Shown: positions 9,496 to 17,304 of the stretch, in pieces
Position numbering within the stretch: the stretch's first letter is position 1
How the letters are laid out: each line of letters opens with the position of its first letter
Assembly (NCBI GenBank): GCA_964574355.1
Contig: CAZNMD010000003.1
Location: 5,316-69,315 of the forward strand
DNA: 64,000 bases
Reading direction: 5' to 3'
From: an uncultured Candidatus Saccharibacteria bacterium
Lineage (GTDB): Bacteria; Patescibacteriota; Minisyncoccia; Phycocordibacterales; DSPV01
Position numbers and translations under genes: made by a program
Notes under the pieces: generated by a model
Databases searched by the model: none
Told to the model about the DNA's origin: nothing
Seen by the model: the letters and a program-made list of their open reading frames with translations, nothing else

Positions 9496-10836
9496 ATGGA
9501 ACAGGGAGGGTGGAAAGATTTTTTTAAAGGAAAACGAGTCACCCAGCTAGGGCTCGGTCTTTTGGGGCGAGGTGTGAATGATGCGCTTTTTTTAGCAAAG
9601 CACGGAGCGATTTTGACTGTCACTGATAAAAAAACAGCAAAAGAATTAGAGGTCTCGATTGAGAAATTAGCCGAGTATAAAGATGCTATAACATTTGTGT
9701 TGGGCGAGCACCGACTCGAAAATTTTCGTGAGTGTGATTTTGTTTTAAAAGCTGCAGGTGTGCCCCTTGATTCACCAGAAATTGCCGAAGCTCGAAAATA
9801 TGCTATCCCTGTTGAGATGGACGCTTCGCTTTTTGCCAAGCTTGCACCAAAGGGGGTGACGATAGTTGGAATTACAGGTACGCGTGGAAAATCAACGACG
9901 ACACATTTGATTTTTCATATCTTGAAAGAAGGCGGAAAGAGAGCATTTCTTGGTGGTAATGTGCGGGATATTGCAACTCTGCCACTTCTGGAAGAAGTTC
10001 AATCGGGTGATTATGTTGTGTTGGAGTTGGATAGTTGGCAATTACAAGGTTTCGGTGAAGCTAATATTTCTCCTCATGTTTCGGTGTTTACGACGTTTAT
10101 GGATGATCATCTTTTGTATTACAAAAATGATAGAGATTTATATTTCGCCGATAAAGCAAATATTTTTAAAAATCAAAAGAAGGGTGATGTGCTGATTGTG
10201 GGAGAGCAGGTTGCAGAAAAGATAAATGGAACGAAGCCTCCAGTTTCGCCGATAATTGCCCATGTTACTGACGTTGCCTCGTGGAAAACAAATTTAATTG
10301 GCGAGCATAATCAACTAAATATCGCATGTGCAGTTCTCGCAGCGCGGGCATTGAAAATTGATGAGGCTCTTATAAAAGAAGCAGTCGAAACATTCAAAGG
10401 TGTACCAGGCCGTCTTGAATTCATTCGCGAAATTAATGGTGTGAAAATCTATAACGATACAACCGCAACGACGCCGGCTGCCGTTTCGGTTGGTCTTACT
10501 GCGCTTGACCCTGAAGCGAAGAAAAATATTGTTTTAATTTGTGGTGGTTTCGATAAAGGGATTGACGCGGGTGAGCTTGTTGAAGTCATCTCGAAGCACA
10601 CCAAAGAAATCATTCTTCTTCCTGGTTCTGGTTCCGAAAAACTTTTGTCTCTTATTTCTCATCTCTCATCTCAAATATCCAGAGTTTCCACGATGTCCGA
10701 AGCTGTTGCGAAAGCCGTTAAATGTGCGAAACAAAACGATATCATCCTTCTTTCTCCTGGATTTGCGTCATTTGGTCTTTTTAAAAACGAATATGATCGA
10801 GGTGAGCAGTTTGATAGGGAAGTAAAAAATCTATAG
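9496..10836 (+). CDS. murD: UDP-N-acetylmuramoyl-L-alanine--D-glutamate ligase.
   Basis: 446 aa. Mur-ligase P-loop GITGTRGKSTTTHLIFHIL. Rossmann-like N-domain. C-terminal domain present. Confidence 0.85.
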   Translation: MEQGGWKDFFKGKRVTQLGLGLLGRGVNDALFLAKHGAILTVTDKKTAKELEVSIEKLAEYKDAITFVLGEHRLENFRECDFVLKAAGVPLDSPEIAEARKYAIPVEMDASLFAKLAPKGVTIVGITGTRGKSTTTHLIFHILKEGGKRAFLGGNVRDIATLPLLEEVQSGDYVVLELDSWQLQGFGEANISPHVSVFTTFMDDHLLYYKNDRDLYFADKANIFKNQKKGDVLIVGEQVAEKINGTKPPVSPIIAHVTDVASWKTNLIGEHNQLNIACAVLAARALKIDEALIKEAVETFKGVPGRLEFIREINGVKIYNDTTATTPAAVSVGLTALDPEAKKNIVLICGGFDKGIDAGELVEVISKHTKEIILLPGSGSEKLLSLISHLSSQISRVSTMSEAVAKAVKCAKQNDIILLSPGFASFGLFKNEYDRGEQFDREVKNL

Positions 10837-10843
10837 CAAACTA

Positions 10844-10877
10844 CTACTTGACATACATCAAGTAGTATGATAAATTG
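10844..10877 (+). promoter_or_regulatory. Perfect 9-bp inverted repeat ACTACTTGA-cataca-TCAAGTAGT with an embedded TTGACA, and a putative -10 (TAAATT) 17 nt downstream. It is a candidate promoter/operator for the sigma-factor gene.
   Basis: Read directly between the murD stop and the sigma gene. Confidence 0.4.
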
Positions 10878-10889
10878 AGTTAGGTTCTG

Positions 10890-10914
10890 TATACCAGAAG
10901 GTATACGGTTTTTC
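10890..10914 (+). terminator. Small hairpin GTATACC-agaa-GGTATAC followed by GGTTTTT. It could be a weak terminator or an attenuator-like element.
   Basis: 7-bp AT-rich stem plus a T-run. Confidence 0.3.
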
Positions 10915-10942
10915 TAAGAACTTTGTAACAAAGGAGAATAGA

Positions 10943-11710
10943 GTGAATACAACGCCTGCCAAGGACGTACCGGTTGAAGGTGAAGAACAGCAATTCTTGA
11001 ACTATCTACGGTTTACGGTTCAGATAGTTCAAACAATACTGAGTCGTCTACCTCCGCATGTCGAAAAAGATGATTTGCTATCAGTAGGACAGCTTGGTTT
11101 GCTGAAGGCGATTCGGACGTTTGATCCAAGCAAAGGTTCTACCTTCGGTGCGTATGCTCGTCATCGTATTCGCGGGGTAGTCCTCGATGAATTGCGAAAG
11201 ATGGATATCTTTCCTCGTTCGGTTCGCGAGAGAGCTCGAATGGTCGCCGAGGTGGAAGATTGTTTGGTGAATAGGTTGGGTCGGGAACCAACAGAGATGG
11301 AAATGGCGTCAGAGATGGGGCTCGGTCTTGCGGCCTATCGTAAACTGAGATCTGAGATCCAACCTGTAGACTTTTTGTGTCTTGACGATCTACCATCTTG
11401 GTTGAAAAACAACCACTATGATCATGGGCGTCATGATTGTTATGACGCTATTGCCGACCAAAGTCTTCCGCTCGGTGAGGAACTCGAGCGTCGGGATATG
11501 TTGGCGGTGGTTTATCACTCGATCAAGAGTCTTCCTCCAAGACAGCAACAAGTGCTCGCGCTGTATTACGTTGAAGGGTGGACTTTTCGAGAAATTGGAG
11601 AAGCTCTTGGTTTTACTGAGAGCTATGCTTGTATGGTTCACAAAGAGGCAATTGTGACGCTTCGTGAACATTTCCAAAAAGAAGATCGACGCTGTACATT
11701 GGCTGGGTAG
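10943..11710 (+). CDS. RNA polymerase sigma factor of the FliA/WhiG (sigma-28) family.
   Basis: 255 aa. GTG start 6 nt after AAAGGAG. Region 2 …FGAYARHRIRGVVLDELRKMD…. Region 4 …VLALYYVEGWTFREIGEALGFTESYACMVHKEAIVTLR. Confidence 0.8.
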   Translation: MNTTPAKDVPVEGEEQQFLNYLRFTVQIVQTILSRLPPHVEKDDLLSVGQLGLLKAIRTFDPSKGSTFGAYARHRIRGVVLDELRKMDIFPRSVRERARMVAEVEDCLVNRLGREPTEMEMASEMGLGLAAYRKLRSEIQPVDFLCLDDLPSWLKNNHYDHGRHDCYDAIADQSLPLGEELERRDMLAVVYHSIKSLPPRQQQVLALYYVEGWTFREIGEALGFTESYACMVHKEAIVTLREHFQKEDRRCTLAG

Positions 11711-11721
11711 GGAAATTCAAG

Positions 11722-11773
11722 CTCCGTTCGTTCAGGTAGCCGTTTAGGGCCATTTGAACGAACGGAGTTTTTC
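11722..11773 (+). terminator. Strong rho-independent terminator of the sigma-factor gene.
   Basis: CTCCGTTCGTTCA…TGAACGAACGGAG: 13-bp perfect stem followed by TTTTT. Confidence 0.8.
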
Positions 11774-11817
11774 TATTGTTCCTATTAGGCGAGAGGTTGG
11801 TTTTTTGAAATAAAAAA

Positions 11818-11840
11818 TCACCCGACAAAAAGTCGGGTGA
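11818..11840 (-). terminator. Terminator of the minus-strand gene 11853..12794.
   Basis: TCACCCGAC-aaaaa-GTCGGGTGA 9-bp stem. The T-run lies on the minus strand (plus-strand AAATAAAAAA at 11808-11817). Confidence 0.65.
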
Positions 11841-11852
11841 TGGTGTGGCTAT

Positions 11853-12794
11853 CTACGAGCCGCGATTGTAAATGACGACGAGATTTCTCATGGCTTTTTC
11901 TGCGGGTGTTTTACCACGAGCACTTGAGTGCCACATAGCTTCGCCGGTATCTGCGTAGGTGTCACCAAAAGTATCGATTTCATCATTAGCAATCTGACCT
12001 TCAGGGACGCCATGGTTGGCAAATTGCGTCCGAATGATTGCCGGTAGGCAGATTCCCCCGAATGCATTTGGGGCAAGTACACAGTAGTCGCCCAGTCGCT
12101 GGAAGTGCGCAATCAATTTCCGATTGGTGACTCCGTACTTTTGGTCAGTGGGTCGGTGGAAAAAATGTTCTCCACCGATACCGCACGTGATGAACACCTC
12201 AAGGTCTTGTGCGTGTTCGTTCCACTCAAAGAATTTGCACATAATTCCGTCGACAACGCTTTCGTGTGGTCGACTTGGCGTACCTGTTTCCAGGCGTGTT
12301 CGATCAACCAAACAATCTCGTCCAGCGTGTGCGGCGATAACTTTGCCACTAACACGAGATCGAGCAATGATGGTCGGACAATCTGCCGATGCGAGCATCA
12401 TATATTTTCCTCGCGGAATTTCACAACCATCAGCGCTTACGCCGCGGTAGATTTTTACTCCTTTACGTGGAGGCAGAGTAATTTTTTCGTGTGATAGGTC
12501 AATCTGGCCTTGATACACTTCAGTCAGTTCGTTGGGTGTGCAGATACGCGCGTTGAAGTCTGAAGGGCGGGGTGCATAGATCGAAGTTCGATCGCCGCCG
12601 CCAAATAAGGCGTTGATCAAGGAGTACGCCGAGCATTTCGCAACACCCGCGTTGTTTTTGAGTTCGGCAATGCTCCAGTCAGTTTGTCCGTCATTTCGCC
12701 CGCACAAAGTGACTTCAACGGGGCTCGTTCGGGTTCCATCACCAAACAGAGTGAAAACCCGAGTCGGTCTTGCTAATTCGATGTCCGTGTTCAT
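11853..12794 (-). CDS. YfiH/PgeF-like (Cu-oxidase_4 / DUF152) purine-nucleoside-phosphorylase / peptidoglycan-editing-factor family protein. It is the G+C-rich 'island B'.
   Basis: 313 aa. …SADC-PTIIARSRVSGKVIA-AHAGRD… matches the family signature ADC-x15-AHAGWRG with identical spacing. GC-rich codons. Confidence 0.5.
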   Translation of the reverse strand: MNTDIELARPTRVFTLFGDGTRTSPVEVTLCGRNDGQTDWSIAELKNNAGVAKCSAYSLINALFGGGDRTSIYAPRPSDFNARICTPNELTEVYQGQIDLSHEKITLPPRKGVKIYRGVSADGCEIPRGKYMMLASADCPTIIARSRVSGKVIAAHAGRDCLVDRTRLETGTPSRPHESVVDGIMCKFFEWNEHAQDLEVFITCGIGGEHFFHRPTDQKYGVTNRKLIAHFQRLGDYCVLAPNAFGGICLPAIIRTQFANHGVPEGQIANDEIDTFGDTYADTGEAMWHSSARGKTPAEKAMRNLVVIYNRGS

Positions 12795-12843
12795 TCAAGG
12801 TTCTTTCTTTTTGTTGTGGTTTACTGAAATTTTCCTGAGAGAC

Positions 12844-12870
12844 AGTATACTATTATTGACGATTTGTCAA
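12844..12870. promoter_or_regulatory. Divergent promoter region containing the palindrome TTGACGATTTGTCAA. It supplies a -35 on both strands: the minus-strand reading is TTGACA-N15/16-TATACT for 11853..12794, and the plus-strand -35 TTGACG serves murC.
   Basis: Read directly. Confidence 0.35.
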
Positions 12871-12900
12871 TAAAGCAGTTTTCTGTTACACTCGTTTTTA

Positions 12901-14243
12901 TGAAAGTTCTAAGGGCAAAAAAACCTTCAAAACAGTCGCTTAAAGTAAAAAGTTTCATTGAGCATCAACATGTCCACTTTGTGGGTATTGGTGGTTCTGG
13001 CATGTCTTCTTTGGCTCAACTTTTACATACTGATGGGCGGGTGATTACAGGGTCTGATTTAAAACCCTCAAAGGTAGCGGAGACTTTAGCGATTGCCGGA
13101 ATAAAAATTCTAATTGGTCAAGATGAGCATGCTATACCTCGGGGTGTCGAAGCTATTATTTATAGCGCCGCGATTCCCGAACTTGATCCAAAATTTTTTA
13201 AACAGCTTAAAAAAATTGGCGTTCCTTTGTATGAATATCATGAAGCTGTAGGTGAGTATGCAAATCAAAAACACACGGTTGCTATTGCTGGTACTCATGG
13301 AAAAACGACAACAACGGCAATGATCGCTTCAATTTTAAAAGCGGCGGATATTGGCGCGAGCGCTCTTGTTGGTGGCGTAATGAATGATACGGGTAGTGGC
13401 GTCTATGCGGGAACAGGAGATACGTTTGTGGTTGAAGCTGATGAGTATAAAAATGGCTTTTTGCATTTATCGCCATCAGTGTTGGTTATTACCAACATTG
13501 ATCATGATCACGTAAATTTTTTTACTGATTTGTCAGCTGTTCAAAACTCATTTAAGCAACTAATACGAAAAGTTCCTGTTGATGGAGTTATTATTTGTAA
13601 TCCGGAGGATCCTCATGTGGCTCCGGTCATTGCAAAAACAAAACATCCGGTTATTGATTACACATCGGTTTCGCTCGATGGAGTTGATCTTAAGGTTCCA
13701 GGTGAACATAATCGTAATAATGCGAAAGCGGCACTTGCGGCGGTTGGTATTCTTGGTATTTCTCCAGAAATTGCAACAAAAACACTTTCACATTTTTCAG
13801 GTACAGGTCGACGATTTGAATATAAAGGAAAAATGAAAAACGGTGCGCTTGTATACGATGATTATGCCCATAATTCTCAAAAGGTTTCTGCTGCGATTGC
13901 AGGTGCGCGCGAAGCATTTCCAGATAAAAAAGTAACAGTTGTTTTTCAGCCACACCTCTTTAGCCGAACACGCGCTTTCTTGGGAGATTTTGCGAAAGCG
14001 TTATCTTTGGCAGATTCCATTATTGTCACTGATATTTATGCAGCTCGTGAGAAATTAGATTTATCAGTTACCGCGAAAGATCTTGTTAGAGAGATACATA
14101 AACTTAATAAAAACGTTTCGCATAGTTCCGTTTTTGGGGAAGTGGTGAGTGAATTATGTATGAATGCGAGTGAAAAAGATTTGATTATGACGATGGGGGC
14201 CGGAGATATTACAAAGGTGTCAGATTTGTTGGTAGCTGCTTAG
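12901..14243 (+). CDS. murC: UDP-N-acetylmuramate--L-alanine ligase.
   Basis: …HFVGIGGSGMSSLAQLL…, …AIAGTHGKTTTTAMIASIL…. The ORF track extends to TTG 12864, but that codon sits inside the promoter palindrome, so ATG 12901 is preferred. Confidence 0.85.
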
Positions 14244-14244
14244 C

Positions 14245-14925
14245 ATGAGTACTCTCTACGTCGTCGCTACGCCTATAGGAAATCTTGAGGATATATCACC
14301 TCGAGCGCTTCGGATTTTGTCTGAAGTCGATGTCATTCTTTGTGAGGATACGCGAGTTACTAGAAAACTGTTATCGCATTTTGGAATTTCTACCAAAACA
14401 ATTTCATACCACGCAAGAACGGAAGTTTTGAAACTTGACTACGTTCTTTCTTTTTTTGAAGAAGGGAAAAATGTTGCACTTGTATCAGATGCCGGTACCC
14501 CAGCAATATCAGATCCGGGGGCAATTTTGGTTAAGGAAGTTCGAAAAAAGTTTCCAGAGGTGAATATTGTGGCTATTCCAGGGCCATCAGCGCTTACCGC
14601 AGCAGTATCAATTGCTGGTCTTTTGGTTTCAGATTTTACATTTCTTGGATTTTTGCCTCATAAAAAGGGTAGAGAGACGTTATTTAAAGAGATTAGAGAG
14701 TCTTCACGAACGATGGTGTTTTACGAGTCTCCCCATCGAATTGAAAAAACGCTTGAATCATTATCGATATATCTCGCTCCTGATCGTACTGTTAGTATTT
14801 GTCGAGAACTGACAAAAATGTATGAAAGTGTTATTTCTGGTAATCCTGATTTTGTAAAAAATCATTTTGCGACACATACAGATCAGGTGAGGGGAGAATT
14901 TGTTGTTATTGTTTCTCCAAAATAA
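14245..14925 (+). CDS. rsmI: 16S rRNA (cytidine1402-2'-O)-methyltransferase, tetrapyrrole-methylase family.
   Basis: MSTLYVVATPIGNLEDISPRALRIL…VILCEDTRVTRKLL. It starts 1 nt after the murC stop. Confidence 0.85.
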   Translation: MSTLYVVATPIGNLEDISPRALRILSEVDVILCEDTRVTRKLLSHFGISTKTISYHARTEVLKLDYVLSFFEEGKNVALVSDAGTPAISDPGAILVKEVRKKFPEVNIVAIPGPSALTAAVSIAGLLVSDFTFLGFLPHKKGRETLFKEIRESSRTMVFYESPHRIEKTLESLSIYLAPDRTVSICRELTKMYESVISGNPDFVKNHFATHTDQVRGEFVVIVSPK

Positions 14926-14928
14926 AAC

Positions 14929-14957
14929 CCCCTGTTCGTCTCGTAAAAACAGAGGGT
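14929..14957 (-). terminator. Terminator of the minus-strand gene 14965..15342. Convergent with the rsmI end.
   Basis: CCCCCTGTT…AACAGAGGG stem with one mismatch. The T-run is on the minus strand. Confidence 0.45.
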
Positions 14958-14964
14958 TGGTCAC

Positions 14965-15342
14965 CTAAGATACTAGGTGAGTTTGTAGGATTTCTTCGTA
15001 GTTTAGTAGTTGATGGTGTCCTGGCGGAAATAAAGTAAGATTTTCGCTGTTTGAAAAAAGAACAACTGTACCGTCTTTGGGTTGGGTTTGTTGAAGCTTG
15101 AGGTCTTCAAATTTTTGCATGACAGTAGAGGTTTCTCCTGATGGTGCCCAGCCTCGGCACTCTTTTGAAGCCGCGGTTGGATTACGCAGCTCAAGTAAGG
15201 GGCAAATTTCTACCCAAATCCGATAGGTTCGCCCTTCTTTGTGTGCGAGAACATCTACAATTCTGCCTCGATAGGTGCAATCTCTTGTTTGGCTTTGAAT
15301 ATCTCCACCGATAAAATTTCGGAAATTGATCGGTTCTTTCAC
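14965..15342 (-). CDS. Hypothetical protein, 125 aa.
   Basis: ORF only. No recognisable motif. Confidence 0.4.
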   Translation of the reverse strand: MKEPINFRNFIGGDIQSQTRDCTYRGRIVDVLAHKEGRTYRIWVEICPLLELRNPTAASKECRGWAPSGETSTVMQKFEDLKLQQTQPKDGTVVLFSNSENLTLFPPGHHQLLNYEEILQTHLVS

Positions 15343-15406
15343 GTTACCCTCTCTTTCTAACTACTAGTGTACAACCAAAGGAGATAAGGAGCATGTATGG
15401 TACAAT

Positions 15407-15643
15407 GTGGCCGTATTCATCATTTTTTACGCTATGCGCAGAAAATTAGAACTAATAATCGGTACGCTGTTGCTACTTGTGTTACTGGCAGGAGTTCCTA
15501 CTTCATGGAAGCTTTCGGTTTCCCTTGTTTCGGCTATTATCCTTATTATTTTTGGATTAATTAATCCCAGAAAACATTCAACTGAAACAAAAGATGCAGC
15601 TTTCGTTGAGCATGGACCACTATCAGACGAGACACCAAAGTAA
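15407..15643 (+). CDS. Small membrane protein, 78 aa, with two predicted TM helices.
   Basis: Hydrophobic segments LIIGTLLLLVLLAGV and LVSAIILIIFGLI. Confidence 0.4.
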   Translation: MAVFIIFYAMRRKLELIIGTLLLLVLLAGVPTSWKLSVSLVSAIILIIFGLINPRKHSTETKDAAFVEHGPLSDETPK

Positions 15644-15655
15644 AAAAGAGAAGAG

Positions 15656-16855
15656 ATGCCGTTTTTGGTGATCCATTTTTTGTTTTCTGTTTTTGTTCTT
15701 GCATTTGGGGGAGCTTTTGCGTATGGTTCCTATTTTTATATTCCAGAGCATTATCCAGTGCGCGTTTCTACCCCTGTTGTTTCTGAGATCGTGAAAGAAG
15801 AAAAAGCGAGTGATCATTTGAAAACACCTGTTCCGCTTCGGGCTATTTATATGACAGCCTGTGTTGCTGCAACAAAAGATTGGCGTGCTCGGATTTTGAA
15901 ATTTATTAATGAAACAGAAATTAATGCCATTGTTATAGATGTGAAGGACTATACGGGAACTATTTCTATTCCTGGAGATGAGACAAAACTTCCAGGTATT
16001 GCCGGGAAGGGGTGCAAGGTTCCTGATATGGCGGCGTTTATTGATGAACTCCATGCTCATAATATATATACGATTGCTCGCATTGCTGTGTTTCAAGATA
16101 AATTTTATGCGACAAAGTATCCAGAATTAGCGGTAAAGAAAAAGACTGATACTGCTGTGGTATGGAAGGATAGAAAAGGTTTGCCGTTTATTGATGCTGG
16201 CGCACAACCGTATTGGGATTACATTGTTGCTATCGGAGAAGCTTCGTACGATGCTGGTTTTGATGAACTTAATTTTGATTACATACGATTCCCGACTGAT
16301 GGAAATATGAGTGATATTTATTATCCTTGGAGTAACGCGACAGTAACGGCTGACCGTGCTTTAGGTAAGGCAAAAGTGGTCACCTCCTTTTTTGAACATT
16401 TGCGTGCGTCGTTTGCAACAACAGGACCAAAACTCTCAGCTGATTTATTTGGTATGACAACCACAAATCCAGACGATTTAGGTATTGGTCAGCTGTTAGA
16501 ATCTGCTGCACCAAATTTTGATTACATTGCGCCAATGGTGTATCCATCTCATTACCCGAAAGGATTTGAAGGGTACGAAGATGTAAATAAGCATCCGTAC
16601 GAGATTGTAAAGATTTCTATGGATAAGGCTGTTTCAAGATTAATTTTAGCGTCAACTACTCCGTCAAAGCTTCGGCCATGGCTTCAGGATAATGATTATC
16701 CGGTGCCCTATAGTGCTGATATGGTTCGTGCCCAGATTCAAGCAACATATGATGCGGGGCTCGATTCATGGATGCTTTGGGATCCTTCAAATGGATATAC
16801 CCGAGAAGCTCTTTTTGGACCAGAGGCAGAATTGAGAAATAAAATAGTGGAGTAA
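15656..16855 (+). CDS. Membrane-anchored putative TIM-barrel glycoside-hydrolase-like protein (GHL / DUF4015-like).
   Basis: N-terminal TM helix. …INAIVIDVKDYTGTISIPG… and …FDELNFDYIRFPTDGN…. Family assignment is from memory. Confidence 0.45.
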   Translation: MPFLVIHFLFSVFVLAFGGAFAYGSYFYIPEHYPVRVSTPVVSEIVKEEKASDHLKTPVPLRAIYMTACVAATKDWRARILKFINETEINAIVIDVKDYTGTISIPGDETKLPGIAGKGCKVPDMAAFIDELHAHNIYTIARIAVFQDKFYATKYPELAVKKKTDTAVVWKDRKGLPFIDAGAQPYWDYIVAIGEASYDAGFDELNFDYIRFPTDGNMSDIYYPWSNATVTADRALGKAKVVTSFFEHLRASFATTGPKLSADLFGMTTTNPDDLGIGQLLESAAPNFDYIAPMVYPSHYPKGFEGYEDVNKHPYEIVKISMDKAVSRLILASTTPSKLRPWLQDNDYPVPYSADMVRAQIQATYDAGLDSWMLWDPSNGYTREALFGPEAELRNKIVE

Positions 16856-16890
16856 CTCCTTCATGAGTTTTTAATTTTCCACTTTCTCTA

Positions 16891-16919
16891 TAGACAAGTC
16901 TGTATGGTAGGTATACACT
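16891..16919 (+). promoter_or_regulatory. Promoter-like TAGACA-N17-TACACT.
   Basis: Read directly upstream of the GC-rich island at 16.9–17.3 kb. Confidence 0.35.
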
Positions 16920-16925
16920 TATCTA

Positions 16926-17233
16926 CCGGGTAACGGGCTTTATCGGACGTTAGCTTACTGGCTAGCGGAGCCTGTGTTTCAATACAATCAGTGATGGAAA
17001 GATAGTTGCTATGAGTGAATCCAAGAAGGATGGTCCTAAACAGGTCGGAAAAGCGACAGCTGCTCAAATTCTCGGTGATTACGGTAGGGCAGCGGGCCCT
17101 CCTCGCCAAATCGTTTCTGAACCGGGACAGCCGATTAGGGAAGAGAGGCGCTGTATTACACCTCTGAACGCTCATCTGTTCGGCTGTTCCAGTGTCATCC
17201 ATCGGACCTAGAGTAAGGTCTTTCGTGTCGTTT
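16926..17233 (+). other. G+C-rich, apparently structured transcribed island. It is either a structured ncRNA or the leader plus coding region of a 66-aa GC-rich small protein (ORF 17011..17211, preceded by a GGAAAG RBS).
   Basis: Its composition differs from the flanks. It lies between a promoter-like element and a strong terminator. No tmRNA, RNase P P4 or SRP domain-IV signature could be confirmed by eye. Confidence 0.3.
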
Positions 17234-17274
17234 ACCCCCGAATCCAGTAGCAGGATTCGGGGGTGAATTTTTTT
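17234..17274 (+). terminator. Rho-independent terminator.
   Basis: CCCCCGAATCC-agtagca-GGATTCGGGGG 11-bp perfect stem, then TGAA and TTTTTTTT. Confidence 0.75.
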
Positions 17275-17304
17275 TGTGCATGAATAAGGTACTTCCCTTC
17301 GGGA

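Noticed and set aside
12864-12900. TTG at 12864 as the murC start (as in the ORF track).
   Set aside because: The codon lies inside the TTGACGATTTGTCAA promoter palindrome. The ATG at 12901 gives an N-terminal length typical of MurC.
16926-17274. tmRNA, RNase P RNA or SRP RNA identity for the GC-rich island.
   Set aside because: There is no 5' GGGG / 3' T-arm-ACCA, no GGAAAGUCC/P4 pairing partner and no clean GGAA-tetraloop domain IV. It is left as an unassigned structured element pending a covariance-model search.
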